Shown one piece after another: positions 24,001 to 37,046 of a stretch of 64,000 bases of DNA. The notes beneath the pieces are model-generated. The model saw only the letters and a list, made by a program, of their open reading frames with translations. It did no database searches and had not been told where the DNA came from. Location: NCBI GenBank assembly GCA_028826165.1, contig JAPDFW010000091.1, positions 221,538-285,537 of the forward strand, read 5' to 3'. This DNA comes from Anaeramoeba ignava BMAN. Its lineage: Eukaryota; Protista; Anaeramoebae. The position numbers and the translations under genes are program-made. The number at the start of each line of letters is the position of its first letter. Positions within the stretch are counted from its first letter, which is position 1.

Positions 24001-25836
24001 TTAATTTTGATTTTGATTATTAAATTTGTTAATTAATAAATCAATTAAATTTGGATTTGTTTGATTTAATTGAAAATAATCAACTCCAGTTTCAATTTCA
24101 TCAATTATTTCTTTTGTAATTTGAATTCCATCTTTAATTTGATTTGAATAAATCCAATATTCAAATATTTGAAATGATTTATTACTTAATTCACTATAAT
24201 CTGTAACTTTATTAGATTTATCTTCAGTTACAGATAAAAACATTCCTCGATATAATTCACTTCTCATTATTAATATTAATTTAGGAAATTTATATTGTTT
24301 TTCTTTTCTTTCAATTATAAAATCTTTTTCATTTTCATTTTCATAAATTATTTTCATTGTTTCTTCAATTTTTTCATTTAAATTTATAATTTCTTTAATT
24401 TCAGAATATAATTCTGGATTTATTATTCTGTTTGAATAAATCATTTCAAATATTTGATTAGATTCTTTAATTGATTTTTTTGAAATAATTTCTTTAAGTT
24501 TTTCAATTTGATTTTGATTTTGATTTAATCTATATTTCAATATTAATTTATGAGCTTCAATTACTTCTCCATTTTTGGTTTTAAATGAAATATCACAAAA
24601 TTCTTTTCTTTCAAATAATTTTATCAAATCTTCTTCAAGATTAGAAAAAGGAGGAGGAGAATAATAAAGAAATGAGTTATCAAATCCACAAGAAATATGA
24701 TAATTAGAAATATCTTCATTAAATCTTAATTTAGGAAGTTCAATTTGAATTGGAATTGATTGATTTTGTGTATTTCCAGTTCCTAATTGACCGAAATAAT
24801 TCCATCCAAATGCTATCACTTTTTCATTTGAAGTTAAAATCAAAGTATGAGAATAACCAACAGAAAAATCAAGAATATTATCATTTTCAAATAAAGATGA
24901 TTTGATTTCAGTAAATTCATCAGTATGTTCATCTTTGCCAAGTCCATTAGATTGATAGTTTCCACATGAATAAAGTTTTCTTTTTGGATTTTGATTTTGA
25001 TTTTGATTTTGATTTTGACTTTCTTCATCTTCAATCAACATTATTGAATGCCAATATCCACATTGAATATCAATTATTTTGCCTTTTGGAATATTTTGGA
25101 TTTGGGTTAATTTTTGGATTTTTCTTTCTTTTCTTGATTCTCCTAATCCAATCTTACCATGATAATTAGAACCACATCCAAATAATTCTTGATTTGAATT
25201 TAAAAGAAAAACATGATTTGAAGTATTTCCTGAAAATATTTTAGAAACATTTTTCATCATTAAAATTGGTTTTTTTGTTGTTTTCATTGTTTTAGAATCA
25301 ACACCAAGTTGACCATAATAATTAGAACCAATTCCGTAAACATTATGATTTGAAGTTAATAAGTAAATTGAGCGATCACCAGTAACAATATCTTGAATTA
25401 TTCTATCATTCGTATCTTCAATTAATGATGAAATATTGATAAATTGATTTGGATTATCTGGATTGATATTTTCTCCTTTGGCAAATACATTTCCTTCTGA
25501 AGTTAAAATAGCTTCATTTCCAATACAAGCAATCGCTTTTTGAATATTTTCTTCAATTTGGATTTTTTGAGGATTTTGATTTGAATTTTTTAAATATTCT
25601 ATTGCTTTTCCATTTTCAAAAAGGAAAATTGTTGAGAAATCTGCTGTTAAAATTTGTTTAATTTGTTTTTCATTTCCATTTTCATTTTCATTTTCAAATT
25701 TAAATTGAATTGGTTTTGTTATTTTATCTAATTCATTTTTTATCAGTTTTGGTGATTGATTTTTACCAAAAAATAAACAATCATTCGTTTTTTGATTAGA
25801 TTTTGAATTTGATTTTGAATTTAATTTTGAATTCAT
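24001..25836 (-). CDS. RCC1-repeat + tandem BTB protein, copy 2 (intact, 611 aa)
   Basis: GSNYYGQLG and GYSHTLILT...GWNYFGQLG RCC1 repeats; two BTB-like segments. Confidence 0.85.
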   Translation of the reverse strand: MNSKLNSKSNSKSNQKTNDCLFFGKNQSPKLIKNELDKITKPIQFKFENENENGNEKQIKQILTADFSTIFLFENGKAIEYLKNSNQNPQKIQIEENIQKAIACIGNEAILTSEGNVFAKGENINPDNPNQFINISSLIEDTNDRIIQDIVTGDRSIYLLTSNHNVYGIGSNYYGQLGVDSKTMKTTKKPILMMKNVSKIFSGNTSNHVFLLNSNQELFGCGSNYHGKIGLGESRKERKIQKLTQIQNIPKGKIIDIQCGYWHSIMLIEDEESQNQNQNQNQNPKRKLYSCGNYQSNGLGKDEHTDEFTEIKSSLFENDNILDFSVGYSHTLILTSNEKVIAFGWNYFGQLGTGNTQNQSIPIQIELPKLRFNEDISNYHISCGFDNSFLYYSPPPFSNLEEDLIKLFERKEFCDISFKTKNGEVIEAHKLILKYRLNQNQNQIEKLKEIISKKSIKESNQIFEMIYSNRIINPELYSEIKEIINLNEKIEETMKIIYENENEKDFIIERKEKQYKFPKLILIMRSELYRGMFLSVTEDKSNKVTDYSELSNKSFQIFEYWIYSNQIKDGIQITKEIIDEIETGVDYFQLNQTNPNLIDLLINKFNNQNQN

Positions 25837-25953
25837 TGAGTTATTTTTGTTTTTTCAATTTAAAGAAAAAAATGAAAAAAATATTTTTTTTTCCAAATCA
25901 TTTTTTCATTTTCTTTTCTTTTCTTTTCTTTTAAAAAATAAATTAATAATTAA

Positions 25954-26910
25954 ATGGAATCAAAACCAGAACCAAAAATATCAATTTTAACTTTTAATAT
26001 TTTAGCACCTTGTTATAAAGAAATTCAAGAAGGAAGAAGAACAGAAAGTGAATTCCCAAAAATTTGGAAAGAAAGAATGAATAAAGTGATTAAATTTGCA
26101 ACAGAATCAAAACCAGATATAATTTGTCTTCAAGAAGTTTGGTTTGAAGAAAAATGTTTATCAATTATTGAAAAAAACAGTAAAAAATACAAGATGCTTA
26201 AATTCAAAAGAACATATAAAAAACAAGATGGAATTATGATTTTAGTGAATTCGGAAACTTTAGTAATCAAGAAATCATGGGAATTACCGTTCAATGATGC
26301 AGGAAATAGAGTTGCTCTTGGTTGCCTTGTTTCCTTAAAAGAAAATGAAAAAATCCAATTTATTGTTGTTACAACTCATTTAACTTTTCCTCATCATGAA
26401 TTCGATGTTAAAATGAGACTTGAACAAATCAAAAAAACAATTAATTGGATGGAAAAACTTGATTCAAAAGAAATTCCATTGATTTTAACTGGAGATTTTA
26501 ATGGATTTGAAGATAATGTTTTTGAATATGTTTTTTCACAAAATTTTCTTTGTTCTTTTAAAGAAGTTAATAATAGATTTCAAATTGTTACTCATTTTAA
26601 TCATTTATCTCAAGAATTACCTGTTGATTTTATATTTTATCGAAATTATTCAGAATTAAAAGAAAAAGAATTAAAAGAAAATGAATTAAAAGAAAATGAA
26701 TTAAAAGAAAAAGAATTAAAAGAAAATGAATTAAAAGAAAATGAATCAAAAGAAAAAGAATCAAAAGAAAATCAAAAAATTAAATTAATTCCAATTAAAT
26801 CTAATGTTCTTCCAGAAAATATTAATGATAATAAATTTCCAACTCAAAAAGATTATCAACTTTCAGATCATCGACCAATTAAATCATTTTTTAAATTTGA
26901 TTTTTTTTAA
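25954..26910 (+). CDS. EEP-family (CCR4/Angel-like) protein, copy 2, with an (LKENE)n insertion
   Basis: Near-identical to 20165-21031 with the same catalytic motifs. Confidence 0.9.
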   Translation: MESKPEPKISILTFNILAPCYKEIQEGRRTESEFPKIWKERMNKVIKFATESKPDIICLQEVWFEEKCLSIIEKNSKKYKMLKFKRTYKKQDGIMILVNSETLVIKKSWELPFNDAGNRVALGCLVSLKENEKIQFIVVTTHLTFPHHEFDVKMRLEQIKKTINWMEKLDSKEIPLILTGDFNGFEDNVFEYVFSQNFLCSFKEVNNRFQIVTHFNHLSQELPVDFIFYRNYSELKEKELKENELKENELKEKELKENELKENESKEKESKENQKIKLIPIKSNVLPENINDNKFPTQKDYQLSDHRPIKSFFKFDFF

Positions 26911-27046
26911 AAACAAAAACAAAAACAAAATAATTTAGATTTAAATTAGATTCGTTAAAAAATTTTTTTAATTAAATTTTTAAAAAATAAAAATAAAAAA
27001 ATCATTTTTTTTCTTTTAATTTTAATTTTTATTCAATTTTATTTCA

Positions 27047-30000
27047 ATGATAATTCTCGTAACTTCAATTCCAAATCCAAATAAAGAAGCATTAACTTCA
27101 GTTGATATTGATCCACAAGGTGAATTTCTTGCAGTTTCTGGACCTGTTGATTTTGTGTTAATTCTTCGCTTTAAATTTATTCGAAGAATTTTCAGAGAAC
27201 AAAGAAGAAAAGACAGAGAAATTCAAGCTAAAAAAAAAACAAAAAGAAGATCTGTTAAAAGGAATCCAAAAAATACAAATCCAATGCAATTTCAAATTGA
27301 AAATAATACTAATCAACAATCTAATAAAGAAAATGAAAATGTTCCAAAAAATAATGAACAAAATCAATCAAATCAAGAAAACCAAAAATCAAACAAGAAA
27401 ACCAAAAATCAAATCAAGAAGAAAACCAAAAATCAAATCAAGAAGAAAATCAAAAATCAAATCAAGAAGAAAATCAAAAATCAAATCAAGAAGAAAATCA
27501 AGAAGAAAATCAAAAATCAAATCAAGAAGAAAATCAAAAATCAAATCAAGAAAATGTTCAAATAATTATTGATTCAACTAAAATGATAACTGAAGAAATT
27601 AAACAAGAAAACCAAAATATTCAAGAAATTAAACAAGAAAACCAAAAACCAAATCAAGAAAATGTCCAGGAAAATGTTCAAATAATTATTGATTCAACTA
27701 AAATGATAACTGAAGAAATTAAACAAGAAAATCAAAATATTCAAGAAATTAAACAAGAAAACCAAAAACCAAATCAAGAAAATGTCCAGGAAAATCAAAT
27801 GATAACTGAAACAAATAATCAATTAAACATTGAAAAAGAAATCAATCCAAATCAAGTAAATTTTCCAATTCAAAATCAAAATTAAAATTAAAATTAAAAT
27901 TAAAATTAAAATTAAAATTAAAATTAAAATTAAAATTAAAATTAAAATTAAAATTAAAATTAAAATTAAAATTAAAATTAAAATTAAAATTAAAATCAAA
28001 AATAAAAATCAGATGAATATTGAACAAAAACCAAATACTGAAAAGAGCAAAAATACACCACAAGAAGAAATGGTTTCACAAAGAAGAAAATTACTTAAAA
28101 AAGGAATATATTTAATGTCAAAAAACAAAGCAATAGTATATGGAATACGTTTTTCACCTCAAACAGGAAAATATCTTGCAACTTGTGCAGAAAATGGAGA
28201 AGTTGTGATTTATCATGTTAAAAGAGAAGTCGATATTGATCAATGGCCAACATTTATTATTCTTCATGGAAAACAAGGTTATTTTGATTAATTTTATTTG
28301 ATTTAATTTGATTTAATTTGATTTATTTCATTTGATTTTATTTGATTTAATTTGATTTCATTTAATTTGATTTCATTTAATTTCATTTAATTTGCATTTT
28401 ATTTTAATTTTGATTTAATTTATTTTAATTTAATTTATTTTGATTTATTTTGATTTAATTTGATTAATTTAATTTGATTTAATTTGATTTAATTTAATTT
28501 GATTTGATTTAATTTAAATTATTTTGATTTAATTTATTTTTTGATTTGATTTAATTTGATTTCATTTAATTTAAATTTAATTTTGATTTCATTTATTTTC
28601 AAAATTTTGAATTTATTTTAAAAATTTGAATATTTTGATGAGAAAAATTTATTTTCATTTAATTTATTTTCAAAATTTAGAATTGGGATCTTGAAGCTCT
28701 GTAAAAGTTTGTTGTTTTTATTATTATTCAAATTTAATTTTGGATTTGAGAATTTCCCAAAATAAAAATATAAAAGTTTGTTTTGTTTTTAATATTATTC
28801 AAATTAAAATTAAAATTAAAATTAAAATCAATATAAAAATTAAAATCAAAATCAAAATCAAAATTAAAATTAAAATCAATATAAAAATTAAAATCTAAAT
28901 CTAAATCAATATTAAAATCAAAATCAAATAAAAATTCAAAATCAAAATCAAAATCAAAATCAAAATTAAAATTAAAATTAAAATCAATATTAAAATCAAA
29001 ATTAAAATTAAAATCAAAATCAATATAAAAATTTAAAATCAAATTCATTATATTTTCATTATTTTTTATTTAGAATCGAAGAAGAAATTACTTTCACATG
29101 AAAAATCAATTCAAGATATAGCATGGGATCCAAAAGGCAAATACTTATTTACTCAAGTAAGATCAAAATATTTAAATTTCTTCTTTTTTAAATAATTTAT
29201 TTTATTCCCTTTTTCAACAAAAAATGTTTCTCAAAGGATACAGCTTGCGTTAGAGTTTGGGATACATCAAATTGGGAATGCTATCACATTATAAAATCAG
29301 TTTCTCAATCAAGTTTTGAATTTTCAATTTATAATAAAATGAGGTAAAATCAAAATCAAAATCCAAATCAAAATTAAAATCCAAATCAAATTCAAATTCA
29401 AAATCAAAATCAAAATCAAAATCAAAATTAAAATCAAAATCCAAATCAAAATTCAAAATTAAAATCAAAATCAAAATCAAAATTAAAATTAAAATCAAAA
29501 TCAAAATTAAAATCAAAATAAAAATTTCAAAATCAAAACCAAAAAAATTAAAATTAAAATTAAAATCAAAATAAAAATTAAAATCAAAATCCAAATCAAA
29601 ATCAAAATCAAAATAAATTAAAATCAAAATCAAAATTAAAATTAAAATCAAAATTAAAATCAAAATCAAAATCAAAATCAATATTAAAATTAAAATTAAA
29701 ATCAAAATTAAAATTAAAAATCAAAATTAAAATTAAAATCAAAATTAAAATCCAAATCAAAAATCAAAATCCAAATTAAAATCAAAATCCAAATTCAAAT
29801 CAAAATTAAAATCAAAATTAAAATTAAAATCAAAATCAAATTCAAAATTAAAATTAAAATCAATATAAAAATCAAAATTAAAATCAAAATCAAAAAAAGT
29901 TTAAAAAACCAAAATGGTTAAACTTTTCAAAAATTCCATCAAATTAAAACAAAAAAAAAGTTTTTCAACAATATTTAAAATCGTGAATCAATTGAAAAAA

Positions 30001-31700
30001 AAAAGAAACAAATGAATTAAAATTAAAATCAAAATGTTTCAAAATTTAAAAAAAAAATCAAAAACTACACTTTCTTCATTTAATAAATTTTCTCTGGAAA
30101 AATACAATAAATCATCATTAAAATCAGGAGAACATCCAAAATTACCCTTTTTTGTATTAGCAGGATTAGATGAAACAGTTTCTTTTTGGATACTAGACAA
30201 AGATTTTAGAGAACCAATAGCAAAAATCAAAAGAGCTTTTCAACAAAAAATTAATGATTTAGTTTGGTGTCCAAAAACTGGTAAATTTCTTGTTATGTGT
30301 TCAGCTGATGGAACTTTAATGATTTGTAAAATGCAGTTTGAACAAGATTTCCCAACTTTAAGATTTCCTTCAAAAACAAAAGAAAAAAAAGATTCCAAAA
30401 CAAAAGAAAAAAAGAATTTAAAGCAAGATGATTTAAAACAAGATAATTTAAAACAAGATGAATTAAAACAAAATGATTTAAAACAAAATGATTTAAAACA
30501 AGATGAATTAAATCAAGATAATTTAAAACAAGATAATTTAAAACAAAATGAATTGAATCAAGATAATTTAAATCAAGATAATTTAAAACAAAATGAATTA
30601 AAACAAGATAATTTAAAACAAGATAATTTAAAACAAAATGAATTAAATCAAGATAATTTAAAACAAAATGAATTAAAACAAGATAATTTAAAAAACAGTT
30701 TCTTTTTGGATAAAACAAAATGAACCAATTAAAACAAGATAACTTTTCAAAAAAAAATGATTTAAAACAAAATGAATTAAATCAAGATAATTTAAAACAA
30801 GATGGAACTTTTAAAACAAGATAATTTAAACAAAAATGAAAAAAAAAAGATTCCAAAACAAAAAAAAAATGAATTAAAAAACAAAAATGAATTAAAACAA
30901 GATAATTTAAAACAAAATGAATTGAATCAAGATAATTTAAATCAAAATGAATTAAAACAAGATAATTTAAAACAAAATGAATTAAAACAAAATGAATTGA
31001 AACAAGATAATTTAAAACAAGATAATTTAAAACAAGATAATTTAAAACAAGATAATTTAAAACAAAATGAATTAAAACAAAATGAATTAAAACAAAATGA
31101 TTTAAAACAAGATGATTTAAAACAAGATAATTTAAAACAAAATGAATTAAAACAAGATAATTTAAAACAAAATGAATTAAAACAAGATAATTTAAAACAA
31201 AATGAATTGAAACAAAATGAATTAAAACAAGATAATTTAAAACAAAATAATTTAAAACAAGATAATTTAAAACAAGATAATTTAAAACAAGATAATTTAA
31301 AACAAGATAATTTAAAACAAGATAATTTAAAACAAAATGAATTAAAACAAGATAATTTAAAACAAGATAATTTAAAACAAGATAATTTAAAACAAAATGA
31401 ATTAAAACAAGATGATTTAAAACAAGATAATTTAAAACAAAATGAATTAAAACAAAATGAATTAAATCAAGATAATTTAAAACAAAATGATTTAAAACAA
31501 AGATAATTTAAAACAAAATGATTTAAAACAAGATAATTTAAAACAAAATGAATTGAATCAAGATAATTTAAAACAAACTCCCTCAAAAAAACAATTTCAA
31601 CCAAAAATTGAAAATTTTTTCCTTCCAAAGAATCAAAATCAAAATCAAAATAATCAAAGAAAACATTTAAATGATTTACAAACAATAAATATGGAATTAG
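27047..31700 (+). CDS. HIRA: HIRA/Hir1-like WD40 protein, multi-exon and fragmented in this assembly; 3' end uncertain
   Basis: WD40 pieces in HIRA order: LTSVDIDPQGEFLAVSG; VYGIRFSPQTGKYLATCAENG; HEKSIQDIAWDPKGKYLFTQ (29097-29156); VRVWDTSNWEC; LAGLDETVSFW...PIAKIKRAFQQKINDLVW...MCSADGT. Many frameshifts. Confidence 0.6.
30418..31577 (+). repeat. 15-nt coding minisatellite (TTAAAACAAGATAAT / TTAAAACAAAATGAA) encoding LKQDN/LKQNE
   Basis: Dozens of tandem copies directly visible. Confidence 0.9.
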
Positions 31701-32098
31701 AAGAAACTAAAAAACAAAAGCAAAATTGAAAAACCAAACTATCAAATCAATTATAAAATAATATCAGATTTTTTTCTTTAATTTTTCTCTTTAATTTTTT
31801 TCTTTTTTTCTTTAAAACAAAAAACAAAATAAACCTTTAACTTTAGCCAAATCATTTTATTTAAGTCTTAATTTTGATCAAAAAAAACAAAATTAATTTT
31901 TTTTTTAAAAAGAAATTTAATTGAAAAATTTAATTGAAAAAATAAAAACAAAAAAAAAATTTTTTTTCTTTTCTTTTCTTTTCTTTTGTCTTAAGTTTAT
32001 TTTATTTAAATTTGTTTTTTTTTTATATATTTATGCTCCAAAAAAAAAAATAAAAGAAAAAAAAATAAAAGAAAAAAAAATAAAAGAAAAAAAAAAAA

Positions 32099-32185
32099 GT
32101 TATTGTTCCAAAACTTCTTTATTGTTTGTGGACTCTATTCATTTGAATAGACTCCACAAACAATAGAAAAGCAAAGAATAATAAC
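32099..32185 (+). ncRNA. Long intergenic hairpin (pre-miRNA-like)
   Basis: TATTGTTTGTGGA-C-TCTATTC-(ATTT)-GAATAGA-C-TCCACAAACAATA at 32120-32165, extended by GTTATTGTTC/GAATAATAAC. Confidence 0.35.
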
Positions 32186-32549
32186 AGTTTTCTTTCTTTT
32201 CTTTGCTCTTTCTTTCCTTTTTCTGCACACACAAAAAGAAAAAAAAAAGAAAAAAAAAAAAAGTTGCTTTTGAAAATTTAATTGAAATTAACTGTAAAGA
32301 TCGAAAAGCAAATTTTTCAAAAGAATGAAAGAAAAAAATGAAAAGGTGAACTTTTTGATCACTTCAATTTCCAAAATTTTTTTAATAAAGAAATTCGTTG
32401 ATAACTTATTAAATGCTTATATTTTATTTTTGTTTAACCATTTCTATAACTAAAAATTGAAAAAAAAAATTTTTTTATTTAGTTTTTTATTATAAAAACT
32501 TCTTACAAAAATTTCAACTAAAAAATTTATTATCCCTCTTTTTAATATA

Positions 32550-32832
32550 AAATCAAAACAAAACAAAATCAAAACTAAATATTTAAAATCAAAATAATTA
32601 AAATCAAAACAAAATATTTAAAAACAAAACTAAATAATTAAAATCAAATCAAAATATTTAAAAACAAAACAAAATATTTAAAATCAAAACTAAATAATTA
32701 AAATCAAAACAAAATAATTAAAATCAAAACAAAATATTTAAAATCAAAACAAAATATTTAAAATCAAAACTAAATATTTAAAATCAAAACAAAATAATTA
32801 AAATCAAAACAAAATAATTAAAATCAAAACAA
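32550..32832. repeat. 21-nt tandem repeat AAAATCAAAACAAAATATTTA and variants
   Basis: About 12 copies visible. Confidence 0.8.
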
Positions 32833-32964
32833 AAGGTTTTTATTGTTTTTTGATCTTAAAAAAGAAAAAATTTATTAAAAAGTTTTTTGGAAAAGAAAAA
32901 TAGAAAAAGAAATAGTGAGAAATTCTTGAACTCTAAAACGAAATAAGAATAAAAGTTGTTTTAT

Positions 32965-35707
32965 CTATTTAAATTCAAGAAGATCCTGTTCTTGAGATTT
33001 ATCAGAATCATTATTTTCTATTTCAGAAGATGAATCAGAAGAAAGAGAAAAAGAATCACTTTTGCTTTCTTTTTCAATAGTATCATGAACTTTTCTAAGA
33101 ATTGGAATTTGGTCAATAACTTCATCTTCATAATAAACTCCTAATTTTTCTACAAAAGGAACTGATGATTGAATTTTATTTAATGCACGAACTTTTTCAA
33201 GTTCAATTCTTTCTTTATTTTTTTTAAAAACAAGAATCCAAAACCAATAAAATAGTAAAATCAAACATATAACTATTAAAAGTATTATCATTAAAAATCC
33301 AACATGATATGAGGTGAGTGTGTCAATAAAACAATTTGCTTGAAATGGAATTTGTGATGTATCATAATAAAGGCTTGATGGAATATGTGTTGTAAAATTA
33401 AGACAAATAAAATTGATATTTCCACTTTGAAAAGAAGCAAAAAAGATGAAAGAATATTTTAATTTAATTTAATTTAATTTAATTTGATTTAATTTAATTT
33501 AATTTAATTTAGATTTAATTTAATTTAATTTTAATTTAATTTAGATTTAATTTGATTTAATTTAATTTAATTTAATTTATTTTATTTTTAATTTGATTTA
33601 ATTTAATTTGATTTAATTTAATTTAATTTAATTTGGTTCATTTTGATTTAATTTAATTTAATTTAATTTGATTTAATTTAATTTAATTTAATTTAATTTA
33701 ATTTAATTTGATTTAATTTAATTTAATTTAATTTAGATTTAATTTAATTTTGATTTAATTTAATTTAATTTAAATTTAATTTATTTTGATTTAATTTAAT
33801 TTTGATTTTTTAATTTATTTAATTTAATTGGAATAATAATTTAATTTAATTTAATTTAATTTAATTTAATTTAATTTAATTTAATTTAATTTAATTTAAT
33901 TTAATTTAATTTAATTTAATTTAAATTTAATTATTAAATTTGTTTTGATTTAATTTCGGAATCAGCCCAAAATAATTTACTACTTTATTTTGATTTAATT
34001 TAGTAATAAATTTGATAAAATCTTGAAATTTCAAATTTATTTGCTGATTTAATTTATTTTTTTAATTTATTTTAATTTTTTTAATTTGTTTTAATTTAAT
34101 TTTTAATTTAATAAAATTTAATTAATTTTAATTTAATTTTGATTTAATTTAATTTATTTTGATGATTTATTTTGATTTAATTTAGAAATATTGATTTTTC
34201 TACCTATTTTGTATCTGCAGAAAAATTTAATTTGAAAAATCCCACGAATATAAAAAGCATTGATTTGATTTAAACATTTTGAATTCAAAAATTTTTAATA
34301 TCAAAATTGATTGGAGTTGAATAACAGTCGAATTATAAAATTGAAAAAAAGATGAAATATCTTGGAATTGTTGTGGAGTAATATCGGAATCAGCCCAAAA
34401 TATTGGTTTACTACTTCCATTAGATATTTCAGTAATAAAACTGATAAAATCTCTGAAATCAGAATCAACTGAAGTATTTGCTCCATATACTTTATTTTTT
34501 TTTTGAATTTATTTTAATTTTTCTTAATAATTTCGTTTTTTTTTGTTGTAAAAGTTTTTAAGAGTATAAAAAAATGAGATAACAAACAAGTAAGAACATT
34601 AACAGCATTCCAAACAAATTCATAAGATGAATTCGAATAAAGTCTTTGTGGAGATCCACATTGAATCTATAATCAGAAAAAATTGATTTAATTTGAAAAA
34701 AATTGATTTAATTTCAAAAAATTGATTTAAATTCAAAAAATTGATTTAAATTGAAAAGATTGATTTAATTTCAAAAAAATTTACTAAATCAAAAACATTC
34801 CAAATATTATAATCATCCGAATAATATTCAGGAGGCCAACATCTAAAATGATTCCATATTTCTCCATTAATTGTCATTAAATATTGTTCATCAGACCATT
34901 CATTTTGAGAGTATTGAGAAAAACGAACATTAGCTTTTTAAATTCAGAAAAGAAGAATTAAAATGGAAAATTAATCGAAAAATTTTTAAATATTTGATTC
35001 TTTTTTTTTGTTTATGATTGGTTTGTTTTGAAAATAGAAAATACCTCTTCGATCCCAAACAATATGTGTTGAATTAATAGATATTGGGTAAGTTGTTTGA
35101 GCTATTGAATTTACAGGTGCATATTCAAGATAAAAATCTCCAAAATCTGAGTTATCACTAATTAATATAAATTTTATTATAAATTTTAATATAAATTTTA
35201 ATATAAATTTTAATATAAATTAATTATAAATTTTATTATAAATCTTGTTATAAATTTTATTATAAATTTAATTATAAATCTTGTTATAAATCTTGTTATA
35301 AATTTAATTATAAATCTTGTTATAAATGTTGTTATAAATATTTTTGTAATTCTCCTTTTAAATTGATTGATAAATTCTTATATTTGAATAAAACCTTTGG
35401 AATCTAATTGCAGCTCGATAATTTTCAATTCGATTAAAATTAAATGAACTTTCAAGATAATTTCTTAAATAATAAACATTAATTGATGTATCTTTTTTTT
35501 TTTTTAAAATTGAATTGAATTGAAAGAAAAAAATTTTTTTTAAATTAGTTTTTTTTGATTTGAAAGAAATTTTTGACAATTTTCAAATTTACCTTCAGGA
35601 ACTTCAGCTCCAGGAATTCCATTTATTTGTTTACAGGATTCCAAATTTAAACAAGGAAATGCCAAAATAATAATGAAAAACGAAAAATAGACTAAATTAT
35701 TTTTCAT
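32965..35707 (-). CDS. Multi-exon type I membrane glycoprotein, CLN5-like (tentative)
   Basis: Signal peptide MKNNLVYFSFFIIILAFPC from the ATG at 35707. Exons give YRAAIRFQ, GDFYLEYAP, IVWDRR/ANVRF, YLMTINGEIWNHFRCW...YNIWNV and SNSSYEFVWNAVNVL, a motif order recalling CLN5. C-terminal TM helix and acidic tail. Exact exon structure not resolved. Confidence 0.45.
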
Positions 35708-35797
35708 CAATCAAATGATATTTTTTATTTAAAATAAAAATGAAAAAAATAAAAATGAAAAAAATAAAAATCATTTTTTTTTGTTTTGTTTTGTTAA

Positions 35798-36868
35798 ATG
35801 TCACATCTTTATGCAATTGCAATTGAAAATCAAAAATCAGATTCAAACAAACAACTTCCTTTTAATTCTGGTGATTATATTGTTATTATTAGAAAGTAAT
35901 TTAATAATAATAATAAAAAATGAAAAAAAGCAAAAAAAATTTTGATAAAAAAAAAATTTTATGAAATTCAATTAAAATTAGACTTAGTAATGATTTATAT
36001 GAAGGAGTATGTAATGGAATTATTGGGATTTTTCCAGAATCAAAAGTCAATTTTTTAAATGAGGATCAAATTCAAAAAGAATTTTTTACCGATTTATCAA
36101 GAACTTCAGAAATTAATTCATTAAATATTGAGGAAAATCAAAATTTTTTAGATGATGAATTTGCTTTTTCTGATTTTTTAAAGAAAGAAAAGGAAAAAAT
36201 GTTTATGATTGAATCAGAAACATTTGAAACACAAGAAAATCAAGAAAATCAAGAAAATCAAATTCAAGAAAATCAAGAAATTGAAGAAATTGAAGAAAAT
36301 CAAATTCAAGAAAATCAAAATCAAGAAATTCAAGAAAATAAATATCAAGAAATTGAAGAAATTGAAGAAAATCAAAATCAAGAAATTCAAGAAAATCAAG
36401 ATATTGAAGAAATTCAAGAAATTGAAGAAATTCAAGAAAATAAATATCAAGAAATTGAAGAAATTCAAAATCAAAATCAAAATGAAAATCAAAATGAAAA
36501 TCAAGATGAATATCAAAATCAAAATCAAAATGAATATCAAGATGAAAATCAAGATGAAAATGATAATGAAAATCCAAAATGAATATCAAGATGAAATCCA
36601 AAATGAAAATCAAAATGAAAACCAAAATGAAAATCAAAATGAAAATCAAAATGAAAATCAAAAACCAAGAAGAGCTCCTCGATCAAAAACAAAAGAACAA
36701 ATTCTTAATTTAAAATCTTCAATAACTTCTCATGTTGAAAGTGTCCAAAAATTATACCAAGATTTTGAGAAAAAGGAAGAAGAATTTAACCAATTAACTA
36801 ATGATTTTGAAATTCACACAATTTCTTTTAACAAATTAAAAACAATTTTATATACATTGATGGTTTAA
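35798..36868 (+). CDS. Protein with N-terminal divergent SH3 domain, E/Q/N low-complexity linker and C-terminal coiled coil; intron 35896-35981; frameshift at about 36575
   Basis: Spliced N-terminus YAIAIENQKSDSNKQLPFNSGDYIVIIRKLSNDLYEGVCNGIIGIFPESKV fits the SH3 pattern and is in frame with ORF 36199. Confidence 0.7.
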
Positions 36869-37046
36869 AATCTAAATTGGAAAAAACTTTTTTGTTTTTT
36901 TGTTTTTTTTCCAAAATTAAATTAAAGCAAAAAAATTAAATAAAAGCAAAAAACTTTTTCTCATTTTATTTTCTTTCCAAAATTAAATAAAGCAAAAAAA
37001 TTTTTGTTTCATTTTTTTTTTCATTTTTTTTTTGACAAAATTCTTA

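Noticed and set aside
33955-34030. Degenerate copy of exon sequence (TCGGAATCAGCCCAAAATA, cf. 34384-34460) inside an intron
   Set aside because: Lies in a visibly low-quality region; a consensus artefact cannot be excluded without reads.
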